Shown one piece after another: positions 7,991 to 16,340 of a stretch of 55,104 nt of DNA (its first letter is position 1; every line of letters begins with the position of its first letter). The notes under the pieces were generated by a model. The model had not been told where the DNA came from and made no database searches. It saw only the letters and a program-made list of their open reading frames with translations. Origin of the DNA: Bacteroidota bacterium (GTDB lineage: Bacteria > Bacteroidota > Bacteroidia > Bacteroidales > DTGW01); assembly GCA_020049015.1 (NCBI GenBank), contig JAIFLP010000036.1, forward strand, positions 1 to 55,104. Reading direction: 5' to 3'. The position numbers and the translations under genes are program-made.

Positions 7991-9490
7991 ATGAGTAATA
8001 CACAATTTATCAAATCGTTGGTTAAACGAAAAAAAACAAGGATAGAACGGGATTCTTCACGTGTTATAATTCGTGTCAATGTACCTAGTATCTTACGTAT
8101 TGAAAAAACAATTAAAAGAGTATTATCACTCTCAGAAAAGGAAGCTAAATATATACTGCAAGGGGTAAGTTTAAATTTCTTTAACCGCCATAAGAAGTTT
8201 GAATTCAAGTTAGAAGAAAATTTCAATAAAGTTTCAGAGTATTTACCAACAAACACAAAAGTAAGTAAAACAAAGAAACTGCTCATTGGAGCTTATTTCT
8301 CTATGGAGTATTCCATCGAATCGGCAGCACTTTTCAATCCTTCCATTGTTGTGCATCCAAATCAAGCAGGCTTAGCAAAAAACAGTATTCGTTTTATCAT
8401 GAGCTTAAGAGCGACAGGCGAAGGACATATTTCATCGATTGTATTTCGCAGCGGATATATTAAAAATAATGGCTCATTTTGCTTCGATACAGTTTCAGAG
8501 TTTGTTGAAACTCCTGTTTTATCAAATGATTCATTTTATGACAAGCATTCGTTTCTTCTTAAATTGATAGAAATGAACTCAACTAACGAAACAAGTGATC
8601 GTATTCTCAACCAATTACCAGATGCTTTTACCTACCAAGAACTAAAAGTGAGTATTAACGTTGTTCTTTTAGATTTGGATTTTCAGCGGAATGAGCAAAC
8701 AATTAGCAATATAATTTGGCTAGCTAATTCAAATTACAGGATAAAATTTGAAGAAAGCAGTAAAATTTCTGAACGTGTAATTTTCCCTGTCTCTGAAAAT
8801 GAAAGTCGGGGCATTGAAGATGCTCGTTTTGTGAAGTTTAATAACGATAATGGCGAAGTTAACTATTATGCAACCTATACTGCTTACAATGGTTACAGTA
8901 TACTCCCGCATCTTATTGAGACTGCGGATTTTCTTTCATTTAACATTTCAACGTTGAATGGTAAAGCAGTACAAAATAAAGGAATGGCACTTTTCCCTCG
9001 TAAAATTAAAGGTAAATATGTTATGCTTTCGCGTCAAGATGGAGAAAATAACCATATTATGTTTTCAGATAATTTACATTTTTGGCAGGAATCGAAAATT
9101 ATTCAGGAACCAAGTAAATCATGGGAATTTAGTCAGTTAGGCAACTGTGGTTCACCAATTGAAACAAGTTATGGCTGGTTAGTGCTAACCCATGGTGTAG
9201 GTCCAATGCGACAATATTCAATAGGTGCAATATTGCTTGACCTCGAAAATCCTGAAATAATGATTGCCCACCTCCAAGAGCCGCTTCTTGCACCTAACGA
9301 AGAAGAGCGCGAAGGCTATGTGCCAAATGTAGTTTATTCGTGCGGTTCAATGCTACACAATAACCTGTTGATTATTCCCTATGCTATGTCCGATATAACT
9401 TCAGGTATAGCGACAGTAAATGTAAAAGAGTTAATTGATAGTATGGCACATTCAATTAAAGACTCTGGTTATTCAGAAATTGCTAAATAA
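7991..9490 (+). CDS. GH130-like (DUF377/PF04041-type) glycosidase or phosphorylase with a ~190-aa N-terminal extension
   Basis: 499 aa with no signal peptide. The C-terminal 300 aa carry GH130-like blocks: RGIEDARFV, YYATYTAYNG, NKGMALFPRKIKGKYVMLSRQ, GWLVLTHGVGP, YSIGAILLDLENP, EGYVPNVVYSCG. Confidence 0.75.
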   Translation: MSNTQFIKSLVKRKKTRIERDSSRVIIRVNVPSILRIEKTIKRVLSLSEKEAKYILQGVSLNFFNRHKKFEFKLEENFNKVSEYLPTNTKVSKTKKLLIGAYFSMEYSIESAALFNPSIVVHPNQAGLAKNSIRFIMSLRATGEGHISSIVFRSGYIKNNGSFCFDTVSEFVETPVLSNDSFYDKHSFLLKLIEMNSTNETSDRILNQLPDAFTYQELKVSINVVLLDLDFQRNEQTISNIIWLANSNYRIKFEESSKISERVIFPVSENESRGIEDARFVKFNNDNGEVNYYATYTAYNGYSILPHLIETADFLSFNISTLNGKAVQNKGMALFPRKIKGKYVMLSRQDGENNHIMFSDNLHFWQESKIIQEPSKSWEFSQLGNCGSPIETSYGWLVLTHGVGPMRQYSIGAILLDLENPEIMIAHLQEPLLAPNEEEREGYVPNVVYSCGSMLHNNLLIIPYAMSDITSGIATVNVKELIDSMAHSIKDSGYSEIAK

Positions 9491-9567
9491 ACAAGATATA
9501 TTTTCAATATTTATACTATCTGGTATTAAAAAATATTACCTTGCATAAGTTTTAATATAAAAACACA

Positions 9568-11436
9568 ATGAAAAAGTACATAATTTTAATACTATTCGCA
9601 AATATTGTTTTCTGTATAAAAGTTAGTTCACAAGCAGCTTTGGTTGAATTCATGAAAGTGCAACCCCATTGCGGTAAATCTAATGGAACGATAAATGCGA
9701 AAATACTTAGTGCCGAAAACCCTGATTATTATTACTGGAAACACGGTGAATTATCTACAACGGCCAAATACCTTAGTGCTGGGGTGTATACCTTTGTTAT
9801 TTCAATTTTGGGAAAAGAGTATTATGAAACAGTAACATTATCAGATATAGAAAAACCGACATTTTCTGCAATTATAAAGGATGAGCAATGTTTAAATTCA
9901 AAAGATGGATCCATTGAAATACTAGGTTCTGGCTTACACAGTATCTTATTTTTAGAAACAGGTACCAGCGGAAATATGATTAAGAATCTGATTCCTGGAA
10001 AGTATACCATTGCCATTACCGGAAATAATACATGTAAAGCCTTTGAAGTGTATGAAATAAAAAAAGCTAGTCCGCTTTCTATAAATGAATCTTTAGTGCC
10101 TGCAAGTTGTTCTCTGAATGATGGTATAATTCAACTAGAAGTGAAAGGTGGCGTAAAACCCTTTCATATTTCGCTTCACCGATTAGATACCCTATTGCAG
10201 GGTAGCACCTTAAAAACAGATTCAAATGCTAATTTTGAATCTGTTTCAGCAGGTGTGTATAAAGCAGAAGTAAAAGACAGTAATAATTGTTCCTTAAAAA
10301 AAACATTTGTATTACAAAGCAAAGGATCTTCGGAAATTCAATACACAGCGAATAATATAATAGAACAAAATAAAGAAATTTCTGATATTCAAGGCAGCCA
10401 TCCACCCTTTACCGTATATTGGAAAGACACAACAAGTAAAAACACTATATCCCATTCATGGATATTTGATATGTATTTAGATCCAGTTATTCTAATTATT
10501 AAAGATAATGCGGGATGTGAAAATGTGACTTATATAGAAAGACCTAAGAACCATTTTGATCCTCCAGCCAAACCCACCAATATTTGTGTAATTATGGTAG
10601 ACAGCACTACTGGAAATACATTGATAATATGGGAAAAGCATGACGAATCGGATGGAGTGATAGAGTATGAAATAATGCGCGAAGGTTTAATTACAGGAAT
10701 ATACACAACTATTGGAAAAGTAAAATATTCTGAATTGCCAATCTTTGTGGATACCATTGCCAATCCTACTTTTCGTTCATGGAAATATAAAATAAGAGCA
10801 ACTAGCTATGGTAATTATGACAATATTACGGAGCATAAATGCATTCATTTAAGTTTGAAGCAAGAAAAAGATGGAAGTCCGGTAAACTTGATTTGGGATA
10901 ATTACATTGGATTTGCATTTGACAAATACTTCATATACCGCGGAGATTCAAGTAAAAATGAAACATGTATTGACTCAATTTCAACGCATGCATTTCCTTT
11001 TTACAGCTACTCAGATAATTCGGCTCCCGAAGGATATTTGTATTATTACATTATGGTAAAAACGCCATCGGTATGCAATCCTGCCAATTTAAAGATTAAA
11101 GAAGGTCCCTATGATTCGTCCATTTCAAATTTAGAAGACAACAGATTAAAGCAAGATACAAGTTCAATAAACACAAACATAAAGCTAATAATAGATCGTG
11201 TAATTGAGGTATATCCAAATCCTGCCAGTGAAAGAATATTTATTAAGAGCCATTTAGAAGGAACAAATTATATAGATATTATTGATGATAAAGGCTTCAA
11301 CATGATATCGCAACAAGTATACATTCCAAAGACTGAAACTATTGTAATTGAAACAACAGGCTGGAGTAAAGGATTTTATATAATAAAAATAAGAAATCAA
11401 AAAGTAAGCAATTGTGGAAAGTTTTTTATTCAATAA
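9568..11436 (+). CDS. Secreted protein with SprB-like Cys/NG repeats and a T9SS C-terminal sorting domain
   Basis: Signal peptide MKKYIILILFANIVFCIKVSSQA. Repeats CGKSNGTINAKIL, CLNSKDGSIEILGSG and CSLNDGIIQLEVKGGVKPF. C-terminus IEVYPNPASERIFIK...GFYIIKIRNQKVSNCGKFFIQ. Confidence 0.7.
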   Translation: MKKYIILILFANIVFCIKVSSQAALVEFMKVQPHCGKSNGTINAKILSAENPDYYYWKHGELSTTAKYLSAGVYTFVISILGKEYYETVTLSDIEKPTFSAIIKDEQCLNSKDGSIEILGSGLHSILFLETGTSGNMIKNLIPGKYTIAITGNNTCKAFEVYEIKKASPLSINESLVPASCSLNDGIIQLEVKGGVKPFHISLHRLDTLLQGSTLKTDSNANFESVSAGVYKAEVKDSNNCSLKKTFVLQSKGSSEIQYTANNIIEQNKEISDIQGSHPPFTVYWKDTTSKNTISHSWIFDMYLDPVILIIKDNAGCENVTYIERPKNHFDPPAKPTNICVIMVDSTTGNTLIIWEKHDESDGVIEYEIMREGLITGIYTTIGKVKYSELPIFVDTIANPTFRSWKYKIRATSYGNYDNITEHKCIHLSLKQEKDGSPVNLIWDNYIGFAFDKYFIYRGDSSKNETCIDSISTHAFPFYSYSDNSAPEGYLYYYIMVKTPSVCNPANLKIKEGPYDSSISNLEDNRLKQDTSSINTNIKLIIDRVIEVYPNPASERIFIKSHLEGTNYIDIIDDKGFNMISQQVYIPKTETIVIETTGWSKGFYIIKIRNQKVSNCGKFFIQ

Positions 11437-12132
11437 TTAAATTTCAAAAGCGATACCCTTATCGGCAAGAATTTTATATTTTGATTTATTAAATTTATAT
11501 AAGAAAGCACCTCTTTTAGAACCTGTTTTATCTTTAACATTAAGCTTTTCCATGAGCCCCAGATGGGCAATTTTTTTTCTAAAATTTCTTTTATCATATT
11601 TTTTTTGATAAATGGCCTCGTAAAGTTTTTGAAGTTGCGGGATGGTGAAGCATTCCGGTAATAATTCGAAACCAATGGGTTGGTGCTTTGCCTTAAGTCT
11701 TAGTTGATCAAGAGCTTTTTCGGCAATAGCACCATGATCGAACATCAATTTGGGAAGTACTGAAACCTTTTTCCAATAAGCATTATGTAAGGAAACCAAT
11801 TCATTATTTGACTCTTCTACTTTTATGAGAGCGTAATAGGCAATAGAAATGATGCGGGCACCCGGATCGCGATCAACATCGGTAAAAGTGTAGTATTGTT
11901 CAAGATAAACGTCAGAAATTCCCGTATGCTCTTTTAAAATCCGTTTAGATGCTTGAGCTGCGCTTTCATTAGGCTCTATAAAACCGCCAGGTAAAGCCCA
12001 TTCACCCTTACCCGGATTAAAAGATCGTTTGATAAGCATTAAATCGAGATCGTCACCATTAAAACCAAAGATTACACAATCAACAGCGACATAATAACGG
12101 GTATATTGGGAATAAAAAAGGCTCTGTGACAT
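11437..12132 (-). CDS. NrtR-family regulator (degenerate Nudix domain plus C-terminal winged-helix domain)
   Basis: 231 aa. The Nudix box is GGFIEPNESAAQASKRILKEHTGI, with RE->RI and EE->EH substitutions. The C-terminal half FTIPQLQKLYEAIYQKKYDKRNFRKKIAHLGLMEKL is typical of NrtR-like DNA-binding domains. Confidence 0.75.
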   Translation of the reverse strand: MSQSLFYSQYTRYYVAVDCVIFGFNGDDLDLMLIKRSFNPGKGEWALPGGFIEPNESAAQASKRILKEHTGISDVYLEQYYTFTDVDRDPGARIISIAYYALIKVEESNNELVSLHNAYWKKVSVLPKLMFDHGAIAEKALDQLRLKAKHQPIGFELLPECFTIPQLQKLYEAIYQKKYDKRNFRKKIAHLGLMEKLNVKDKTGSKRGAFLYKFNKSKYKILADKGIAFEI

Positions 12133-12149
12133 ATTAAAAATTTCTCCAA

Positions 12150-12171
12150 AAATATTAAAGAAATATTAAAG
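12150..12171. repeat. Perfect tandem duplication of an 11-mer (AAATATTAAAG x2) in the divergent promoter region
   Basis: Read directly: aaatattaaag aaatattaaag, 18-39 nt upstream of the NrtR-like start. Each unit contains the palindrome AATATT. Confidence 0.6.
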
Positions 12172-12199
12172 CAGGTGTATGAAATGGTAATAAATTGAT

Positions 12200-12207
12200 T
12201 AGCTTTG
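12200..12207 (+). promoter_or_regulatory. Candidate -7 promoter box (TAGCTTTG) for the Cys-leader/cysE transcript
   Basis: Matches TAnnTTTG, 22 nt upstream of the leader ATG at 12230. Confidence 0.4.
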
Positions 12208-12229
12208 TATTTGATAAAATGAAAAAAAT

Positions 12230-12301
12230 ATGATTCAAAAGAATTTTAACGGAGGTTTTATTTCAGTACAAGGTAATTGTTGCTGTTGTTTAATTCGTTG
12301 A
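12230..12301 (+). CDS. Candidate leader peptide MIQKNFNGGFISVQGNCCCCLIR (23 aa) with four consecutive Cys codons
   Basis: atg att caa aag aat ttt aac gga ggt ttt att tca gta caa ggt aat TGT TGC TGT TGT tta att cgt tga. It lies between a promoter-like box and an intrinsic terminator, upstream of a serine acetyltransferase gene. It is below the ORF-track size cutoff. Confidence 0.5.
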   Translation: MIQKNFNGGFISVQGNCCCCLIR

Positions 12302-12338
12302 AGGGTTTAAAAAGAAGAACAATATATTTATATCGCAG

Positions 12339-12366
12339 ACCCTTCCTTAAAGAAGGGTTTTTTATT
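12339..12366 (+). terminator. Intrinsic terminator (attenuator) 14 nt upstream of the cysE-like start
   Basis: ACCCTTC (12339-12345), loop CTTAAA, GAAGGGT (12352-12358), then TTTTTTATTT. An identical GAAGGGT at 12300-12306 can pair with the 5' arm instead. Confidence 0.6.
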
Positions 12367-12379
12367 TAACACATAAGAT

Positions 12380-13306
12380 ATGAAAGAAGACGGAAAAGCA
12401 GCTTATTCATTGGGAAAAGCGATAAAAGCCTTATCGGAACCAGAATCGTACGAAAGGGTATTTCACAATACCGTGATGACAGAGGATATGTTATCATTAC
12501 AATCGATAGCCGACATCATGGAATTATTGAATGCCATCCTATTTCCGGGCTATTTTGGTAATACTGGAGTTAAACCAGAAACTATGAAATTTTATATGGG
12601 AGTTAACATTGATAAGTTGTTTAAACTTTTACAAACCCAAATAAAACGCGGATATTGTTTTCATTGTGCAAATATAGATGGAACTGAGTGCAAGGATTGC
12701 AATAAAGATTCAACCGAAGTTGCATTGCAATTTATTGAACGATTGTCGATTATACGCGAACTATTAGCCACTGATGTTGACGCTATTTTCAAATATGATC
12801 CGGCGGCATTGAGTAAAGGGGAGATAATATTTGCTTATCCTGCTATTAAAGCCATGACTCATTACAGGGTTGCACACGAATTATATCAATTAGAAGTACC
12901 CATAATACCAAGGATAATTACAGAAATGGCACATTCAAAAACAGGAATAGATATCCATCCTGGAGCAAAGATAGGATCATTTTTCACCATTGATCATGGC
13001 ACGGGGGTAGTAATTGGAGAAACCTCAGTTATAGGCAGGAACGTTAGGATTTATCAGGGAGTAACACTGGGCGCCAAAAGTTTTCCGGTTGATGCGAATG
13101 GTAATCCTTTAAAAATAGCGCGACATCCAAAAGTTGAAGACGATGTAATAATTTATTCAGGAGCTACCATATTGGGCAATGTAACTATCGGCAAAGGATC
13201 TATTATAGGTGGTAATGTTTGGTTAACAGCAAGTACGCCTCCTAATTCTCGGATTTTACAAAATAAACCTCGAGAAACTGAATTTTTTGATGGAGGAGGC
13301 ATATAA
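12380..13306 (+). CDS. cysE: Serine O-acetyltransferase (long, EpsC/CysE-type)
   Basis: 308 aa. DPAALSKGEIIFAYPAIKAMTHYRVAHELY, TGIDIHPGAKIGSFFTIDHGTGVVIGETSVIGRNVRIYQGVTLG, and left-handed beta-helix hexapeptide repeats. Confidence 0.85.
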   Translation: MKEDGKAAYSLGKAIKALSEPESYERVFHNTVMTEDMLSLQSIADIMELLNAILFPGYFGNTGVKPETMKFYMGVNIDKLFKLLQTQIKRGYCFHCANIDGTECKDCNKDSTEVALQFIERLSIIRELLATDVDAIFKYDPAALSKGEIIFAYPAIKAMTHYRVAHELYQLEVPIIPRIITEMAHSKTGIDIHPGAKIGSFFTIDHGTGVVIGETSVIGRNVRIYQGVTLGAKSFPVDANGNPLKIARHPKVEDDVIIYSGATILGNVTIGKGSIIGGNVWLTASTPPNSRILQNKPRETEFFDGGGI

Positions 13307-13383
13307 AAATTAGGTACAGGATAGTATTATTTATTTAATTTGCTATATTTATCGCGTATTAGTAAAATTAATAAAAACATACT

Positions 13384-14862
13384 ATGTCGCAATCGTTGAA
13401 CCTGTTCGCAGTTGATTTAGGAGCCAGTAGTGGCAGAACCATACTTGGAAAACTACAAAAAGATAGAATAGAAATAACCGAACTCACCCGTTTTTATAAT
13501 GAAGTATTAGACATTAGAGGACGCTTACATTGGGATGTATACCGTTTATTTGAAGAAATGAAAAACGGATTGAAGCAATGTGCCCATAAAGAAAAAATAG
13601 AAGTTCATGGTTTGGGTATTGATACATGGGGAGTTGATTTCGGCCTGTTTTCCAAAGACGGAACCTTATTAGGAGCGCCTTATGCTTATCGCGATAGCAT
13701 GACTAATGGTATATTTGATAAAACCTTTAATACCATTCAGAAAGAGCGCTTATATGCCCTTACTGGGATACAATTTATGCAATTCAATTCGGTATTCCAA
13801 TTACATGCATTAAAATTGGCTCAGTCGCCATTATTAGAAATTGCGCATAGTCTGCTTTTTATACCCGATATTTTTAATTATTGGTTTACAGGTGTTATGC
13901 GAAATGAGTTTACATTTTCCACCACCTCTCAAATGCTTAATCCGCATAAAAATAACTGGGAAGATGAGATTTTCATAACATTGGGATTGCCAAGATCAAT
14001 TATGCAAGCCATTGCATTTCCTGGAAGTACCATTGGGCAACTAGATCCAAATATTTGTAAAGAAACAGGCATCAACTCATTCCCAGTAATGGCTGTTGCA
14101 TCGCACGATACAGGATCGGCAATAGCAGCAATACCAGCTGAAGGAAACAATTGGGCTTATATAAGTTCAGGTACCTGGTCATTAATGGGAATAGAAAGCA
14201 AAACACCTATTATAAATGAAAAAAGTGCACACTATAATTTCACTAATGAAGGGGGTGTTGAAGGCACCTACCGGGTATTGAAAAATATTAGTGGTCTGTA
14301 TTTGTTAGAGCAATGCAAGCGTTCATGGGCATTAAAGGGAAAAGATTACAGCTATGAGGAATTGGTTGAGATGGCAAAATCATCGGAAGCATTTGCTTTT
14401 TTCTTAGATCCTGATGCCTCAGATTTTAATGCGCCAAAAGATATGCCCGCGGCTATAGAAGCCTATTTTGAAAAAACCGGACAAGGAAAAGCATCTACAC
14501 AGCAAATAGTTCGCGCAATATTTGATAGTTTGAGTATGCGTTACAAACAAGTATTTTTAATGCTAAAAGAGTTATCAGAACATTCTTTAGATAAGATTCA
14601 TATTATTGGAGGAGGTTCTAGAAATGAATTTTTATGTCAACTTACTTCTGATGCATGCGGGGTTGAAGTAGAAGCAGGTCCTGCAGAAGGTACAGCCATA
14701 GGAAATCTTATTGTTCAAGGAATTGGACTAGGAGCTATTTCCAATTTAGCTGCAGCGAGACGAATTGTTAAGAATTCGATTACTACAAAAACATACACAC
14801 CAAAGGATGCGGGAAAATGGGATCAATCATATCAAAAATATCTTAGTAAAATAACCAAATAA
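13384..14862 (+). CDS. rhaB: Rhamnulokinase (FGGY family)
   Basis: 492 aa. LFAVDLGASSGRTILGKL, GIDTWGVDFGLF, HIIGGGSRNEFLCQLTSDACG. Immediately precedes L-rhamnose isomerase. Confidence 0.8.
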   Translation: MSQSLNLFAVDLGASSGRTILGKLQKDRIEITELTRFYNEVLDIRGRLHWDVYRLFEEMKNGLKQCAHKEKIEVHGLGIDTWGVDFGLFSKDGTLLGAPYAYRDSMTNGIFDKTFNTIQKERLYALTGIQFMQFNSVFQLHALKLAQSPLLEIAHSLLFIPDIFNYWFTGVMRNEFTFSTTSQMLNPHKNNWEDEIFITLGLPRSIMQAIAFPGSTIGQLDPNICKETGINSFPVMAVASHDTGSAIAAIPAEGNNWAYISSGTWSLMGIESKTPIINEKSAHYNFTNEGGVEGTYRVLKNISGLYLLEQCKRSWALKGKDYSYEELVEMAKSSEAFAFFLDPDASDFNAPKDMPAAIEAYFEKTGQGKASTQQIVRAIFDSLSMRYKQVFLMLKELSEHSLDKIHIIGGGSRNEFLCQLTSDACGVEVEAGPAEGTAIGNLIVQGIGLGAISNLAAARRIVKNSITTKTYTPKDAGKWDQSYQKYLSKITK

Positions 14863-14869
14863 ATATAAT

Positions 14870-16135
14870 ATGAAGAAAAAATCGTTAGAAACTGCGTATG
14901 CATATGCGCGCGAAAGGTATGCTGAATTAGGAATAGATACCGATAAGGCATTAAAAGATTTAGACAAAGTATCCATATCGCTTCATTGCTGGCAAGCAGA
15001 TGATGTTGGAGGCTTCGAAAGAACTGACTCTACATTGTCGGGCGGCGGCATACAAGTTACCGGAAATTATCCTGGCAAAGCGCGCAATATTGAAGAATTG
15101 AGAAATGACTTAGAAAAAGCATATTCATTAATACCAGGCAAGCATAGGTTTAACATGCATGCTATTTACGGTGATTTTGGAAAGAAATTTGTTGACAGAG
15201 ATGCTGTTGAACCAAAACATTTTAAATCGTGGATAGATTGGGCCAATGAGCAAAAAATTAAAATTGATTTCAATAGTTCATTATTTTCGCATGTAATGGC
15301 CGATAGTGGTTATACGCTGTCGAGTCGTGAAAAGAAAGTTCGTGAGTTTTGGATTGAACATGTACAGAGATGTAGAGAAATTGCGGCCTATATTGGAAAA
15401 GAGCAAAAAGGACGTTCTGTTCATAATATTTGGATACCAGATGGATCAAAAGATGTAACTGTAAACCGTTTAGAGCATCGTAAAATATTAAAAGAATCTT
15501 TAGATACCATCTTTGAAAAGGAATATAATCCTAAAGAAATGGCAGATGCTATTGAGTCGAAATTATTTGGTATTGGAAGTGAGTCATATGTTGTTGGTTC
15601 GCATGAATTCTACATGGGATATGGTTTTACCAATAACAGAATGATCTGTTTGGATATGGGCCATTTCCATCCTACTGAATCAATTGCTGATAAAATTTCT
15701 TCAACCTTATTATTTAGTGAAGAAGTATTATTACATGTTAGTCGCGGTATTCGTTGGGATAGCGACCATGTTGTTATATTTAATGATGACTTGATACAAC
15801 TTGCATTAGAAATTGTTAGAGGTAATTTCTTAAATAAAGTAAATATTGGATTGGATTTCTTTGATGCCAGCATTAACCGCATAGGAGCTTATGTTGTTGG
15901 AACACGTGCTGCCCAAAGAGCCTTTTTGTTTGCTTTATTAGAGCCAACAAAAAAAATAAGGGAATATGAAAATAAGTCTCAAAATTTTGAAAAATTGGCG
16001 TTGATGGAAGTATCTAAAGACATGCCTTTTGGAATTGTTTGGGATTATTATTGTGCATCAAAAGGTGTGTTGATAGGAGAAGAAGTAATTGATGATATTC
16101 AAAAATATGAAAAAACAGTTTTAGCAAAAAGGTAA
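14870..16135 (+). CDS. rhaA: L-rhamnose isomerase
   Basis: 421 aa. ISLHCWQADDVGGFE, DMGHFHPTE and the overall length are typical of RhaA. Confidence 0.88.
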   Translation: MKKKSLETAYAYARERYAELGIDTDKALKDLDKVSISLHCWQADDVGGFERTDSTLSGGGIQVTGNYPGKARNIEELRNDLEKAYSLIPGKHRFNMHAIYGDFGKKFVDRDAVEPKHFKSWIDWANEQKIKIDFNSSLFSHVMADSGYTLSSREKKVREFWIEHVQRCREIAAYIGKEQKGRSVHNIWIPDGSKDVTVNRLEHRKILKESLDTIFEKEYNPKEMADAIESKLFGIGSESYVVGSHEFYMGYGFTNNRMICLDMGHFHPTESIADKISSTLLFSEEVLLHVSRGIRWDSDHVVIFNDDLIQLALEIVRGNFLNKVNIGLDFFDASINRIGAYVVGTRAAQRAFLFALLEPTKKIREYENKSQNFEKLALMEVSKDMPFGIVWDYYCASKGVLIGEEVIDDIQKYEKTVLAKR

Positions 16136-16340
16136 TATAAAATCTTGAGTGATTTCCGACGATGCAAAATCAGAATACTGAAAGAAAAATGAGTATTACT
16201 TTTATTAAAATAGAGTGCTCATACTTATTGTATTCAGTTCTTCGTTTTTTTATATTTGCATAATCAGATAGTTCTTTATTTTACCTTCCAAAACAGTTGT
16301 TTTTTTCATAAGCATAGGTTTTAGGGTTTATTGTTTTCAC

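Noticed and set aside
16166-16267. Possible 33-codon ORF (MQNQNTERKMSITFIKIECSYLLYSVLRFFIFA) between rhaA and the terminator at 16341.
   Set aside because: There is no supporting signal beyond being open, and it overlaps a promoter-like TTTTTTTATATTTGC block that recurs at 16364-16378. It cannot be distinguished from chance in AT-rich DNA.
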